A stretch of DNA of 64,000 bases from a virus: the IMG/VR virus record IMGVR_UViG_3300028394_003336; one strand, 5' to 3'. Every line of letters starts with the position of its first letter. Within the stretch, counting starts at the first letter, position 1. The position numbers and the translations under genes are program-made. This document shows positions 19,850 through 29,829 of the stretch, in pieces. The notes beneath the pieces were generated by a model, which saw only the letters and a list, made by a program, of their open reading frames with translations, did not search any database and was not told where the DNA came from.

Positions 19850-20940
19850 AAAAAATAGTAATATTAGGAGGAGGTGGATTCATCGGAGGACACCTTGCAA
19901 AAAGATTAAAAGAAGAAGGTAATCACGTTAGAATTTGTGATATTAAAAAACACGAATATTTCTTTCAAGACGAAATATGTAACGAATTCATTTTAGGGGA
20001 TTTAACAGACCCTAAGGTCGTTGATTTGGTGATTGAAGAAGGAGTTGATGAAGTATATCAATTAGCGGCAGACATGGGTGGAGCTCTTTATATCTTCACT
20101 GGTGAGAATGATGCAAATTTAATGCATAATTCAGCAACAATTAACTTAAACGTTTCAAGAGAATGTGTTAAGAAAAAAGTTGGTAAAGTATTTTATTCTT
20201 CATCAGCGTGTATGTATCCTGAACACAATCAATTAGACCCATTAAATCCAAACTGTGAAGAAAGTTCTGCATATCCTGCAAATCCAGATTCAGAATACGG
20301 ATGGGAAAAATTATTCTCTGAAAGAGTATTCTTGGCATACCATAGAAATTATAAGTTAAATGTGAGAATTGCGAGATTCCATAACATCTTCGGTCCACAA
20401 GGTACGTGGAGAGGTGGTAGAGAAAAATCACCAGCAGCAATGTGTAGAAAAGTCGCAGAGTCTAAAGACGGAGATATTATTGAAGTGTGGGGTAACGGTA
20501 TGCAAACACGTTCATTCTTATATGTTGAAGAATGTGTTGAAGCTGTTTTAAGATTAATGGATAGTGATTTTACTGGACCTGTTAATATTGGTAGTGAAGA
20601 AATGGTTACAATTAATCAACTTGCTGGAATGGCAATTGCAATTTCTGAAAAGAATTTAGAAATTAAAAATATTGACGGAGAAGAATTTGTTCAAAAATAT
20701 GGTTTCAAATGCCCTTTAGGCGTTAAGGGTAGAAATTCAGATAATAACCTTTATAGAGAAAAAATTGGATGGGAAGTTAGTCAGCCCCTTTCAATCGGAT
20801 TAAAAAAGACTTATAATTGGATTAAGTCACAAGTTGACCATGTAGAAATTAACACTCCTTGGATTTATGAAAGTCCTGATGGGGGTAATTCAATCTACAG
20901 AAGAGAACCAGGTAGTTTAGATAAACAAAAAATTAAATAA
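19846..20940 (+). CDS. GDP-mannose 3,5-epimerase-like
   Basis: GGGGFIG, LAADMGG, SSACMYPE.NQ, AYPA.P.S.YG.EKL, RFHNIFGP.GTW.GGREK.PAA.CRK and GRNSDN closely follow the GME consensus. Confidence 0.85.
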   Translation: MKKIVILGGGGFIGGHLAKRLKEEGNHVRICDIKKHEYFFQDEICNEFILGDLTDPKVVDLVIEEGVDEVYQLAADMGGALYIFTGENDANLMHNSATINLNVSRECVKKKVGKVFYSSSACMYPEHNQLDPLNPNCEESSAYPANPDSEYGWEKLFSERVFLAYHRNYKLNVRIARFHNIFGPQGTWRGGREKSPAAMCRKVAESKDGDIIEVWGNGMQTRSFLYVEECVEAVLRLMDSDFTGPVNIGSEEMVTINQLAGMAIAISEKNLEIKNIDGEEFVQKYGFKCPLGVKGRNSDNNLYREKIGWEVSQPLSIGLKKTYNWIKSQVDHVEINTPWIYESPDGGNSIYRREPGSLDKQKIK

Positions 20941-20941
20941 A

Positions 20942-21322
20942 ATGGTAACAGTTCCTGTTAGTGTTGGAGAAATGATTGATAAGTTATCAATACTCCAAGT
21001 AAAAAAGAATAATGTAAAAGATGAAAACAAATTAGTATTCATCAAAAAAGAATTTGAATTACTTTATAATTTTTCTTCGGAATATCTAAGTAACTTAGAG
21101 ACAGAATCAATTTATCACAGATTGGTTGAAGTTAATTCTAATCTTTGGGATGTTGAGGATAAATTGAGAATCATGGAAAAAGAACAAAAATTTGATGATG
21201 AATTTATATCTTTGGCTAGAAAAGTATATTTTACAAATGATGAAAGATTTACATTAAAAAATGAAATTAATCTAATAACGGATTCAGAAATCCGAGAGAT
21301 TAAAGATTACGTAAAGTATTAA
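20942..21322 (+). CDS. DUF6165-like protein
   Basis: VPVSVGE.IDK..IL, N..LWDVED.LR and LAR.VY..ND.R pattern. Confidence 0.65.
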   Translation: MVTVPVSVGEMIDKLSILQVKKNNVKDENKLVFIKKEFELLYNFSSEYLSNLETESIYHRLVEVNSNLWDVEDKLRIMEKEQKFDDEFISLARKVYFTNDERFTLKNEINLITDSEIREIKDYVKY

Positions 21323-21339
21323 ATAACAAAAAAATATTA

Positions 21340-22074
21340 ATGGGTAAAACAACCAGAAGACAACCAACTCAAACACCTACTTTAGAAGTAGGAATTGCAA
21401 AAACAAAAAAACAATTGATTTGTTCAATTGTAAAAAAGAAAACTAAAGAAAAATTTTTATCTGAAAGTCAGAAAATATATTACGAAACATTATCTTCAAA
21501 CCAAATAACAATTTGTTCAGGGCCTGCAGGTGTTGGTAAAAGTTACATTGCAATGAAATGTGCTGTAGACTTATTGGTAGACCCTGAAACACCTTATGAG
21601 AAAATTATAATTGTAAGACCAGCTGTTGAAGCGGAAGAAAAACTTGGAAGTTTACCTGGTGGTGTTGAAGAAAAATTAGACCCTTACATATTTCCATCAT
21701 ATTATCTTTTAAATAAGATAATTGGTAAAGAATCAAGGGAGAGGTTAAAAGATGTTGAGGCTATTGAAGTTTTTGCCTTGGCGTATATGAGAGGAATGAA
21801 TATAGATAATTCAATTCTTATTTTTGAAGAGGCTCAAAACTCAACTCCAAGTCAAATGAAACTTTTATTAACAAGAATTGGGTTCAATTCAAAATTTTTC
21901 ATATCAGGTGATTTGGAACAATTTGATAGACATAAAGATAAAACACAGACAGGATTATGGGATGCATTAAAAAAATTCCAAAATATGAAGGACATTGGTG
22001 TCTTTGAATTTAATCCCGAAGATATTGTTAGAAATCCATTGATTTCGGACATATTAAAAAGATATGAAGAATGA
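21340..22074 (+). CDS. phoH: PhoH-family ATPase
   Basis: GPAGVGKS, RPAVE, LGSLPG, YMRG, EEAQN, LTRIG, GD..Q.D and IVRNP. Confidence 0.93.
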   Translation: MGKTTRRQPTQTPTLEVGIAKTKKQLICSIVKKKTKEKFLSESQKIYYETLSSNQITICSGPAGVGKSYIAMKCAVDLLVDPETPYEKIIIVRPAVEAEEKLGSLPGGVEEKLDPYIFPSYYLLNKIIGKESRERLKDVEAIEVFALAYMRGMNIDNSILIFEEAQNSTPSQMKLLLTRIGFNSKFFISGDLEQFDRHKDKTQTGLWDALKKFQNMKDIGVFEFNPEDIVRNPLISDILKRYEE

Positions 22075-22682
22075 AAATAGGAATAGAAATAAATGGGGTT
22101 TTAAGAGACACTTTAAAAAAAGTTCAGCAAGAGTATGAGAAATGGTACCTTAATGAAAATTTAAAGGAACTTAAATTAATTCAAGACGACCCTAGCATTG
22201 AAAGAAAAGTAATATCAGACGTTACTTCTTTAGAATTAACTAAACACTTATCATTTAAAGATGAAGATGAGGTTTATAATTTTTTATACAAAGAGCACAC
22301 GATGGAAATTTTTGGTCACGCTGGTTCTGTTGAATACAACGGAATGAGTGAGCTAAATGATTTTTATTTTGATATGAGAGATTCTCATGATATTATCATT
22401 GTTTCTGATGAAATTGGAAAATCAAAACCAGCATCTCTATTCTTTTTGGCTAAGTTTGGTTGCTTAGTTGAAAACATTAAATTTTATAGTGAAGTTACAA
22501 TTAATTCGTTATGGGATTCAATAGACATTTTACTTACAGCGAATCCTAATCTATTATTAAATCACCCAACAAATAAACGAGTAATAAAATTTAATACTGA
22601 TTATAACTCCAACATTAAAGTTGAGAATGAAATATCAAGTATGAAAGAACTCAAAACAAAAATAGAACAAATATATGCTTAA
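22071..22682 (+). CDS. 5'(3')-nucleotidase-like HAD-fold protein with degenerate motif I
   Basis: MKIGIEINGVLRD aligns to IGIDxDGVL but both Asp are replaced. Confidence 0.5.
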   Translation: MKIGIEINGVLRDTLKKVQQEYEKWYLNENLKELKLIQDDPSIERKVISDVTSLELTKHLSFKDEDEVYNFLYKEHTMEIFGHAGSVEYNGMSELNDFYFDMRDSHDIIIVSDEIGKSKPASLFFLAKFGCLVENIKFYSEVTINSLWDSIDILLTANPNLLLNHPTNKRVIKFNTDYNSNIKVENEISSMKELKTKIEQIYA

Positions 22683-22956
22683 TGTTTTAGGAGAAAATTA
22701 TTATGTAGATTTAGATGCCATTGAAGAGTATCTTGATATGACTGATGAACTATCTGTAGAACCAACTAGTGGTACAACAGAAATGAGAATTAATATCATA
22801 AAATTAGAAATGGTTAAAATGATGTTAGAAACTGTATTATCTGAACACGACGATGTTGATGAAAGTTTAGGTATAAAATCATCTACAAAAACAAGTATCC
22901 CTTTCAAAATCGCATTTAACAGTTTATTAAATAAAAACCTTATCAATCATTATTAA
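22675..22956 (+). CDS. Hypothetical protein
   Basis: 93-aa ORF within the operon. Confidence 0.6.
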   Translation: MLNVLGENYYVDLDAIEEYLDMTDELSVEPTSGTTEMRINIIKLEMVKMMLETVLSEHDDVDESLGIKSSTKTSIPFKIAFNSLLNKNLINHY

Positions 22957-22957
22957 T

Positions 22958-24010
22958 ATGGAAAATACATTAAAAGAAAAAGTACTTAAATCCATTGAGG
23001 TATTAAAAGACAAACAAGCAAGAATTTATTTCCTAACACAAGACACAAAAGGAAATGCAAAAGCTTCGGTTAGATTTATATATCAAGTGGCAAAAACACT
23101 AAAAGATGCAGGATTCAATCCAATCATCTTACATGAAAAAAACGACTATGCAGGTGTTGCAAAATGGCTTGGTGAAGAATATATGAATATTCCTCATAGA
23201 GTTATTGAAGGTCAAAATTTAGAAATATCTCCAGAAGATTTTTTAATTGTTCCTGAAATTTTTGGTTTCATGATGGAACAAGTTAAACAATTACCTTGTG
23301 CTAAAGTTGTTTTGGCTCAATCTTACGCCTACATTGTTGAAACTTTACAACCAGGTCAAAACTGGGCTCAATATGGTTTCTTTAAATGTTTAACAACAAC
23401 AAACAATCAAAAGGAATATATTGAAAGAGTAATGAGACAATCAACTTTTGATATTATCAAACCTTATGTTTCAGAAAATTTCTACCCTAAATCACAACCT
23501 CCGATGCCAATTGTTGCTGTTCACACTAAAGAACAAAGTGATGCAATTAATATTATCAAAACATTTTATTTAAAATTCCCTCAATATAGATGGTTCACAT
23601 TTAGAGATTTAAGAGGACTTACAGAAGTTGAGTTTGCTAACTCGTTAAGAGATTGTTTTGTAAGTGTATGGATTGACGATGAAAGTGGATTTGGTACATT
23701 CCCATTGGAGTCTATGAAATCTAATGTACCTGTAATTGGAAAGGTTCCAAATTTACCTACAGAATGGATGACTGAGGATAATGGTATATGGATTACGGAC
23801 AAAACTTTATTTGCAGACGTAATTGCTGATTTTATTCAAAATTGGTTAGAGGATAATATTAAACCTGAAATGTATGAAGAAATGAAAAAAACTGCAGACA
23901 AATACTCAGATAAACAAGAATTTGAAACTTCTGTGACAACTTTATTTAAAAAGTTTTTAATTAACAGAGCGGATTCATTTGAAGAACAAATCATTAAAAC
24001 AGAAGAATAA
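22958..24010 (+). CDS. GT-B-fold glycosyltransferase-like
   Basis: DFLIVPE and ESGFGTFPLESM...VPVIG (Ex7E-like GT4 signature region). Confidence 0.65.
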   Translation: MENTLKEKVLKSIEVLKDKQARIYFLTQDTKGNAKASVRFIYQVAKTLKDAGFNPIILHEKNDYAGVAKWLGEEYMNIPHRVIEGQNLEISPEDFLIVPEIFGFMMEQVKQLPCAKVVLAQSYAYIVETLQPGQNWAQYGFFKCLTTTNNQKEYIERVMRQSTFDIIKPYVSENFYPKSQPPMPIVAVHTKEQSDAINIIKTFYLKFPQYRWFTFRDLRGLTEVEFANSLRDCFVSVWIDDESGFGTFPLESMKSNVPVIGKVPNLPTEWMTEDNGIWITDKTLFADVIADFIQNWLEDNIKPEMYEEMKKTADKYSDKQEFETSVTTLFKKFLINRADSFEEQIIKTEE

Positions 24011-24011
24011 T

Positions 24012-24818
24012 ATGGAAAATAAAATATCATTATCAGTTATACTGCCAATCAAATCAGCAAAAGCAAAAGACTTTGATGAACTTTTTGGAAAAGCAATTAA
24101 TTCTTTAAAAGAACAAAAAGTTGATTTTGAAGAACTAGTAATTGTTCACACTCAAGAAGAATCGTTAATACAAGTTTTAGAGGACTACGACTTTGGAAAT
24201 ATAAATGTTACTAAAGTATTGTGGGATAAAGAACCTAACTACGCATCACAAATAAACTATGGTGTTGAACAAGCAAAAGGTACTTGGGTTTCATTGTTAG
24301 AATTTGATGACGAATATTCATCAATTTGGTTTAAAAATGTAAAACAATATTCAGAATCATATCCTGATGTTCAAATGTTTTTACCTGTAGTTGTTGAAGT
24401 TGATGATAAAGGAATGTTTGCTGGTTTCACTAATGAAGCAACTTTTGCAGCAAACTTCACACAAGAAATGGGGTTCTTAACTAACGAAACTTTACAAGAT
24501 TATCAAAATTTCCAAACTGCTGGTTCTGTGATTAAAAAATCTGTATTTGAAGACTTTGGTGGATTTAAACCATCAATAAAATTAACATTTGTTTACGAAT
24601 TCTTATTAAGACTATCTTACAATTCTGTATCAATTATGACAATACCTAAGTTAGGGTATAAACATATTAACATGAGAGAAGGTTCAATATTTTGGACATA
24701 TAAGAATGGAGAAAACAAAATGCTTGATGATGAAGTTAAGTTTTGGATTCAAACTGCAAAGAAAGAATATTTTTTTACTGACGATAGAGTCATAAAATAT
24801 CAATCAGAAAATGCATAA
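24012..24818 (+). CDS. GT2-like glycosyltransferase
   Basis: Start at ATG 24012; LSVILP, INYGV..AKG.WV.LLEFDD and FEDFGGF. Confidence 0.7.
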   Translation: MENKISLSVILPIKSAKAKDFDELFGKAINSLKEQKVDFEELVIVHTQEESLIQVLEDYDFGNINVTKVLWDKEPNYASQINYGVEQAKGTWVSLLEFDDEYSSIWFKNVKQYSESYPDVQMFLPVVVEVDDKGMFAGFTNEATFAANFTQEMGFLTNETLQDYQNFQTAGSVIKKSVFEDFGGFKPSIKLTFVYEFLLRLSYNSVSIMTIPKLGYKHINMREGSIFWTYKNGENKMLDDEVKFWIQTAKKEYFFTDDRVIKYQSENA

Positions 24819-25565
24819 ATGCAAGAAACTCTATCTGCACAAACAGAAGATGTTTCATCCAAAAAAAGAGGTAGAAAGGCAGTCAAAGAAAATTATTTTG
24901 ACGTAAGAGAAGAAACCGCAGTTAGAAAATTTTTAATTGCTGAAACTTCATACGAAAAAAACAAAATATATAATGAATTCTTAAGAGCTCCTCTTGATAA
25001 GATGATTTCATCAATTATAAGACGTTACAAATTGTATCGTAAAGATATGGATTTTATTGAAATTCATACTGACACACATTCTTTTTTGATGACTAAGGTT
25101 GATAAATTCAAACCAGACAAAAACAAAAAAGCGTATTCATATTTTGGAACGATTTGTAAAAATTATTTAATGGGTCAAATCATTAAAGACCAAAAAGAAA
25201 CAAATCGTAAAATTTCATATGAGGATATTTCTTCAAGTATTGAAGAAAGACCTGACATGATTTATCGTATAGATGACGATATTGTAGAAACTGATGTCAT
25301 AATTACTCAATACCTTAAAGAACTTAAAGATTTTATTGAAACAGAATCATTGAATGATAATGAAAAAAAGTTAGGTTATGCATTAATTGATTTATTTGAC
25401 AATTACGAAACTATATTTTCAGGTGCAGATAATAACAAATTTAATAAAAATGTCATACTACTTTCATTAAGAGAAATGACTAATCTTAGTACAAAAGAGA
25501 TAAGAAGTTCAATAAAAAGATTCAAAAAACTTTATTTAGTTATTCAACATAAAATGAAAAACTAA
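24819..25565 (+). CDS. Phage RNA polymerase sigma factor, T4 gp55-like (late transcription)
   Basis: KFKPDKNKKAYSYFGTICKNYL..IIKD.K resembles the sigma region 2 / gp55 FD..K..N..AY.T....N.F...I.KE pattern. Confidence 0.65.
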   Translation: MQETLSAQTEDVSSKKRGRKAVKENYFDVREETAVRKFLIAETSYEKNKIYNEFLRAPLDKMISSIIRRYKLYRKDMDFIEIHTDTHSFLMTKVDKFKPDKNKKAYSYFGTICKNYLMGQIIKDQKETNRKISYEDISSSIEERPDMIYRIDDDIVETDVIITQYLKELKDFIETESLNDNEKKLGYALIDLFDNYETIFSGADNNKFNKNVILLSLREMTNLSTKEIRSSIKRFKKLYLVIQHKMKN

Positions 25566-25583
25566 TTAAAACTATTTATAGGT

Positions 25584-25949
25584 ATGCCAAGACCACAAAG
25601 AAAAGAAATTAATTTTACTAAAGATTCTATTTTATCTCTCATGCAAGAAATTTATAATGAACTTGTAGAGCAAAGACAAACTGCAATAAGAATTCAAAAT
25701 AAAATGTTGTCTATGTTAAAAGACCCAGAGGACATGACAACTATTGGACCTGTAATTGAAAAACAACAAAAAATTGTTAACGAATGTGTTGAAAAGAAAA
25801 TTAGTCTTTCAAAACTTCAATCAGGAATTTGGGAAAAATCAAACAATAATACTGAATCATTTTCTCTTGCCGATTTAGATGATGACTTAATTCAAAATCT
25901 TATAGAAAAAGATGTTTCTAATGACGAGCAAACTTATAAAATGAGATAA
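25584..25949 (+). CDS. Hypothetical helical protein
   Basis: 121-aa ORF; TATTTAT 25573-25579 upstream. Confidence 0.6.
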   Translation: MPRPQRKEINFTKDSILSLMQEIYNELVEQRQTAIRIQNKMLSMLKDPEDMTTIGPVIEKQQKIVNECVEKKISLSKLQSGIWEKSNNNTESFSLADLDDDLIQNLIEKDVSNDEQTYKMR

Positions 25950-25952
25950 GAT

Positions 25953-28073
25953 ATGCAAGCAGCACCAGATTTAAATTCCTTAGGACTAGATATATCTTCA
26001 AAGATTACTGCAGTAAAAACCGCTGTAGATACTTTAAAGCAAGAAAAAACTTTAAAAAAATCTGTCGCAAATTCAACATCTTCAGCCGCGTCACAAATAA
26101 CTTCTCAGTTAGATAAAATTAAAGATTTACAAAAAAGATACCAAAGAGAACCTCCAACCTCTATGGATAAGTTGTTAGATTTTTTGTCTCAAACAAGAGG
26201 AAATGGTGACAATACTATAAAGTATTTAAGAAAAAAAATTTTAGAGGCGGCAGTAAAGATTGAACCTGAAATGGTTAATATTCTTAAGGAACAGTCTATG
26301 AAAGCTTTAGGTTGTTCACAAGAACAAAGTTATAAAGGTGTTAACCCACAAAGTCTACAATTACAACCATTACCTTTAATACCACAAGGACCAAACGATG
26401 GTTCAATATATATCCCCGTTCAATCTGTTGATTTTTTTTCTAATTTAAAACAATCTCCAACAACAAATTTTGGTAAAGTATATTATGAAAAACCAGAACC
26501 ATCTGCAGATACAATTTTCAAGCCTTTTGGTGGAGACGTTAATTTTCCAATGAATAAACAGTTATATCAATTAACGAATGAAAATGGAAGGTCTTTATCT
26601 CAAATTTTGGGTACAAACTATAAAGGTAAATCAGGTCAAAATTTGTTTGATGTCCAATATACAAAAACAAATGGATATGGAGTAACTGGTGATTATTTTA
26701 GAGTTATATTAATTGATAGGTTAAATAATAACAGTGCAAGTTTAAATAATAAGGTTGGTGAGTTTATTAGTGATTATTATAGTACAATAAATCTTATAGA
26801 CCCTGTTGATATTGGTGCCCAAATAGTAAATATAATTTCAGGGGCAATGAATATTAATGCAAAAATTGGTATTGGAGAACTTCAAAATCAATCAAAGTTT
26901 TCATTAGTTCTTCAAAGAATATTAGGATTATGTTTTGATGACCGTACTGAAATTGATGTTAGCGGTATTGCCAAAGTAGCAGAACTTGATGGAGTTGACG
27001 ATACTTTTTTTGAATTAAATGAAATTGATTTAAGAAATATTGACCAAAATATTTCTAATATTCAAAACGGGGTTATGGAATTTGAAGACTGTAATAATGT
27101 AAAAGTTCCCGTTGATTCAGAATCCCTTGTTGACCAACTTATTCTTTTTAGAGATAAATTAAGTGGTAAAACAAACGAAGAAAAAGTTAAGACTATAGAA
27201 ACTATAGTAGATTCAATTTCTCAAAATCCTGAATGGAAACCAAAACTCCCTTCAAGTTTTAATGCGAATATATCAATTGATAAAAATATTATAAAGAAAA
27301 TTTCTTTAGCGGTTGCTGCTGGTGTATTAACCCCAAAAAATTTATTACCAGTATTTTCATTATTATACGTAATACAATCAGGTGCAACATACACATATAA
27401 TCAAGCGGTAACAAGCGCAAACACATTAATTAGTTCAGGAAACTCAATATTTAATTCAGGAAATACAATATTATCACAAACAAATAATATTATTACTGAC
27501 GGTAAAGATTTCTTACAAAAATGGAGAACATTTTCAATTGAAATGATTACTAAAATTAATGTTATCTTTTTAGAAACGTTATTTCAAATATTAAAAAAAG
27601 ATTTAATACTTTTAATTGGAGAAATTGTTAAAGATATTGAAACAAACAAAGCCATTAGAAAATATCAAAAAATTTTAGCGCTAATAGCTGTAGCATATGG
27701 AGTAACTCAGTTACTTAAAAATGATTACAGAAAATGCAAACCTTTACTACAAGATATTTTAGCAATATTAACTTTAGTTGAAAGCGCTGGTAAAACACTG
27801 GGTATTTTGAAAAAAGATATTCCGTTATCACTACTTGCCTTTTCAGATTTTTTACCAGGGTATTCTCCTGAGAGAGCCTTTATTAATGTGATTGAAGGTC
27901 TTCAAAAGATTGGGGTTCCTACAGGGACTTTACCTGATGGGTCTCCTAATTTAATGTTGTTATATAATAAAATTACCCAAGACGGCATTGGTAAAGAAAA
28001 AAAGAATGAAAAAATTGAAGCCTTTGGTGTTGGTGTAACGGGTATGGTTAAAGTTTATGGAGTTCCAGTATGA
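25953..28073 (+). CDS. Large hypothetical protein (putative tail/baseplate-associated)
   Basis: 706-aa ORF in a late operon upstream of the spike-like gene. Confidence 0.5.
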   Translation: MQAAPDLNSLGLDISSKITAVKTAVDTLKQEKTLKKSVANSTSSAASQITSQLDKIKDLQKRYQREPPTSMDKLLDFLSQTRGNGDNTIKYLRKKILEAAVKIEPEMVNILKEQSMKALGCSQEQSYKGVNPQSLQLQPLPLIPQGPNDGSIYIPVQSVDFFSNLKQSPTTNFGKVYYEKPEPSADTIFKPFGGDVNFPMNKQLYQLTNENGRSLSQILGTNYKGKSGQNLFDVQYTKTNGYGVTGDYFRVILIDRLNNNSASLNNKVGEFISDYYSTINLIDPVDIGAQIVNIISGAMNINAKIGIGELQNQSKFSLVLQRILGLCFDDRTEIDVSGIAKVAELDGVDDTFFELNEIDLRNIDQNISNIQNGVMEFEDCNNVKVPVDSESLVDQLILFRDKLSGKTNEEKVKTIETIVDSISQNPEWKPKLPSSFNANISIDKNIIKKISLAVAAGVLTPKNLLPVFSLLYVIQSGATYTYNQAVTSANTLISSGNSIFNSGNTILSQTNNIITDGKDFLQKWRTFSIEMITKINVIFLETLFQILKKDLILLIGEIVKDIETNKAIRKYQKILALIAVAYGVTQLLKNDYRKCKPLLQDILAILTLVESAGKTLGILKKDIPLSLLAFSDFLPGYSPERAFINVIEGLQKIGVPTGTLPDGSPNLMLLYNKITQDGIGKEKKNEKIEAFGVGVTGMVKVYGVPV

Positions 28074-28276
28074 TAAAAGAAGATTTTGAAAATATTATTA
28101 ACGAACAGTCCAATTTAAAAAATTTGCCAAGCGCGACGTTATCAAATTTTATGGACTTATTATCAACTGATTTTGAAATCACAAAAGATAATATTATAAA
28201 GCAAACAATTTATTTAGATAAATTAGAAGAATTATATAACAACATTTTAAAAATATATCAAGAAAGAAATGGCTAA
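28070..28276 (+). CDS. Small hypothetical protein
   Basis: 68-aa ORF overlapping both neighbours. Confidence 0.55.
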   Translation: MIKEDFENIINEQSNLKNLPSATLSNFMDLLSTDFEITKDNIIKQTIYLDKLEELYNNILKIYQERNG

Positions 28277-29810
28277 GGTAGACGATAACTCAATATTATT
28301 TCAGGCACAAGTTTTAAATATTCAAGACCCAATGATGCTTGGTAGAATACGTGCAATTAGGTTAATTGACAATCTTGATGATATATTAAGAAGTGTTACG
28401 GACCCACCATGGAATGCCGAAAAAGATATATGGACAGCCAGAGACCCGTTAGTATTCACACCATTATTACCATATTTTATATATCAAGTACCAAAAACTG
28501 ATGAATTAATTCAAGTAATGTATTTGAATAAAGACTTTAGATTTCAGAATCAATTCTATATACAAGCCGCGGCGTTTTCATCTCCAACTGCAACTAACAA
28601 AGAATATTATTATGGTGGTAACAAATGGAGTGGTAATGGTGTTCAAATTGTGAATCCAAACCCTTTAAAAAACCAAGATGGGACTTATAAAGATAAATCA
28701 ATACATGAGGGTGTATTCCCACAACCTGGTGATAATGCCATTTTAGGTAGAGGTAGTGCAGACTTAGTTGTTAAACAAGATGACGTTTTATTAAGAGCAG
28801 GTAAATTTAAAGAAGAAAATTTACAACCAAACATTTTACCTGTTGCAAATCCAAAGAGAGCCTTTTTACAATTATCAAGATTTCAAACAACAAAAGAAGT
28901 ATTACCACCGAAAACATATTTTGAGTTTAATGAAGAGGTTGTATTGGTAAAATATTTGATTGAATGGGTTATAGTTAATCCTGAAAATACTAAAGATAAC
29001 TTTACAGGAGATGTATACCTATACCAATTAAAAGCCGACCCATCAACTAATTCTAAAAATTTAACTATTGGTAGTACTGTTGCTTCAAATCTTAAAACGA
29101 TTGTTTTTAAACAAGAAATTAAGGGTAATACTTTAGACATTATTAACCAAATTAATGATTTCATTAAAGCGTGTAACAAAACTAATTTTTATAACGGATA
29201 TCAACTTTTCCCTGATAACCAAGACAATACAAAGTTCCCTATATTTTATAGACCAACAAATGAAACTTATGCTAAAATAAATCCAAGTACTCCTTCAGGA
29301 CAAACAAGTACAACAATTATCAATAACCTTTCAAAGATTTACAAAGGAATAAAAATAAGTCCAGGAATTAAAGGTGGATATGGTTTAATTTATACAAAAA
29401 ATAATGTTGGGATTGTTGGAGCATATGTTAAAAAAACCGCCGCTCAATCAAGATTTATCACACAACAAGCAACATACGGTACATTAGGTGCTGACAAAGT
29501 ATTCTTATTATCTCACAATTCTGCAATACCTGGAAAAGGTGGCCCAATAAATTTTGATAATACATTATACGGAATAACACCTGAACAATATGGGGATGAG
29601 ATTGTACCAAAGACATCAAGTATGGTAAGGGGAGAAGAGTTAATGGAATTGATTAATTTAATTGTTCAATTCTTAATTACACATACTCACGCTTATCCAG
29701 GATTAGCTCCAGTCCCTGTAACTGAGAGTGGTGTTAAAGTAGAATCACTTACTTCAGAACTACAAAATGCCGTTAATAAGATTCTTAACGGAAATATCAG
29801 ACTTAATTGA
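28269..29810 (+). CDS. Baseplate hub/central spike protein (gp5/gpV-like)
   Basis: N-terminal V....DP..LGRIRA OB-fold motif; C-terminal HTH (H-x-H) metal-binding tip motif. Confidence 0.65.
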   Translation: MAKVDDNSILFQAQVLNIQDPMMLGRIRAIRLIDNLDDILRSVTDPPWNAEKDIWTARDPLVFTPLLPYFIYQVPKTDELIQVMYLNKDFRFQNQFYIQAAAFSSPTATNKEYYYGGNKWSGNGVQIVNPNPLKNQDGTYKDKSIHEGVFPQPGDNAILGRGSADLVVKQDDVLLRAGKFKEENLQPNILPVANPKRAFLQLSRFQTTKEVLPPKTYFEFNEEVVLVKYLIEWVIVNPENTKDNFTGDVYLYQLKADPSTNSKNLTIGSTVASNLKTIVFKQEIKGNTLDIINQINDFIKACNKTNFYNGYQLFPDNQDNTKFPIFYRPTNETYAKINPSTPSGQTSTTIINNLSKIYKGIKISPGIKGGYGLIYTKNNVGIVGAYVKKTAAQSRFITQQATYGTLGADKVFLLSHNSAIPGKGGPINFDNTLYGITPEQYGDEIVPKTSSMVRGEELMELINLIVQFLITHTHAYPGLAPVPVTESGVKVESLTSELQNAVNKILNGNIRLN

Positions 29811-29829
29811 TATTTATTGAAAAAGATAG

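Noticed and set aside
8956-24818. Cellular LPS/capsule locus or DNA hypermodification cluster
   Set aside because: The cluster is embedded among phage genes with no wzx, wzy or initiating transferase, and no hydroxymethylase or base-modifying gene is visible in the window. DNA modification is disfavoured but not formally excluded.
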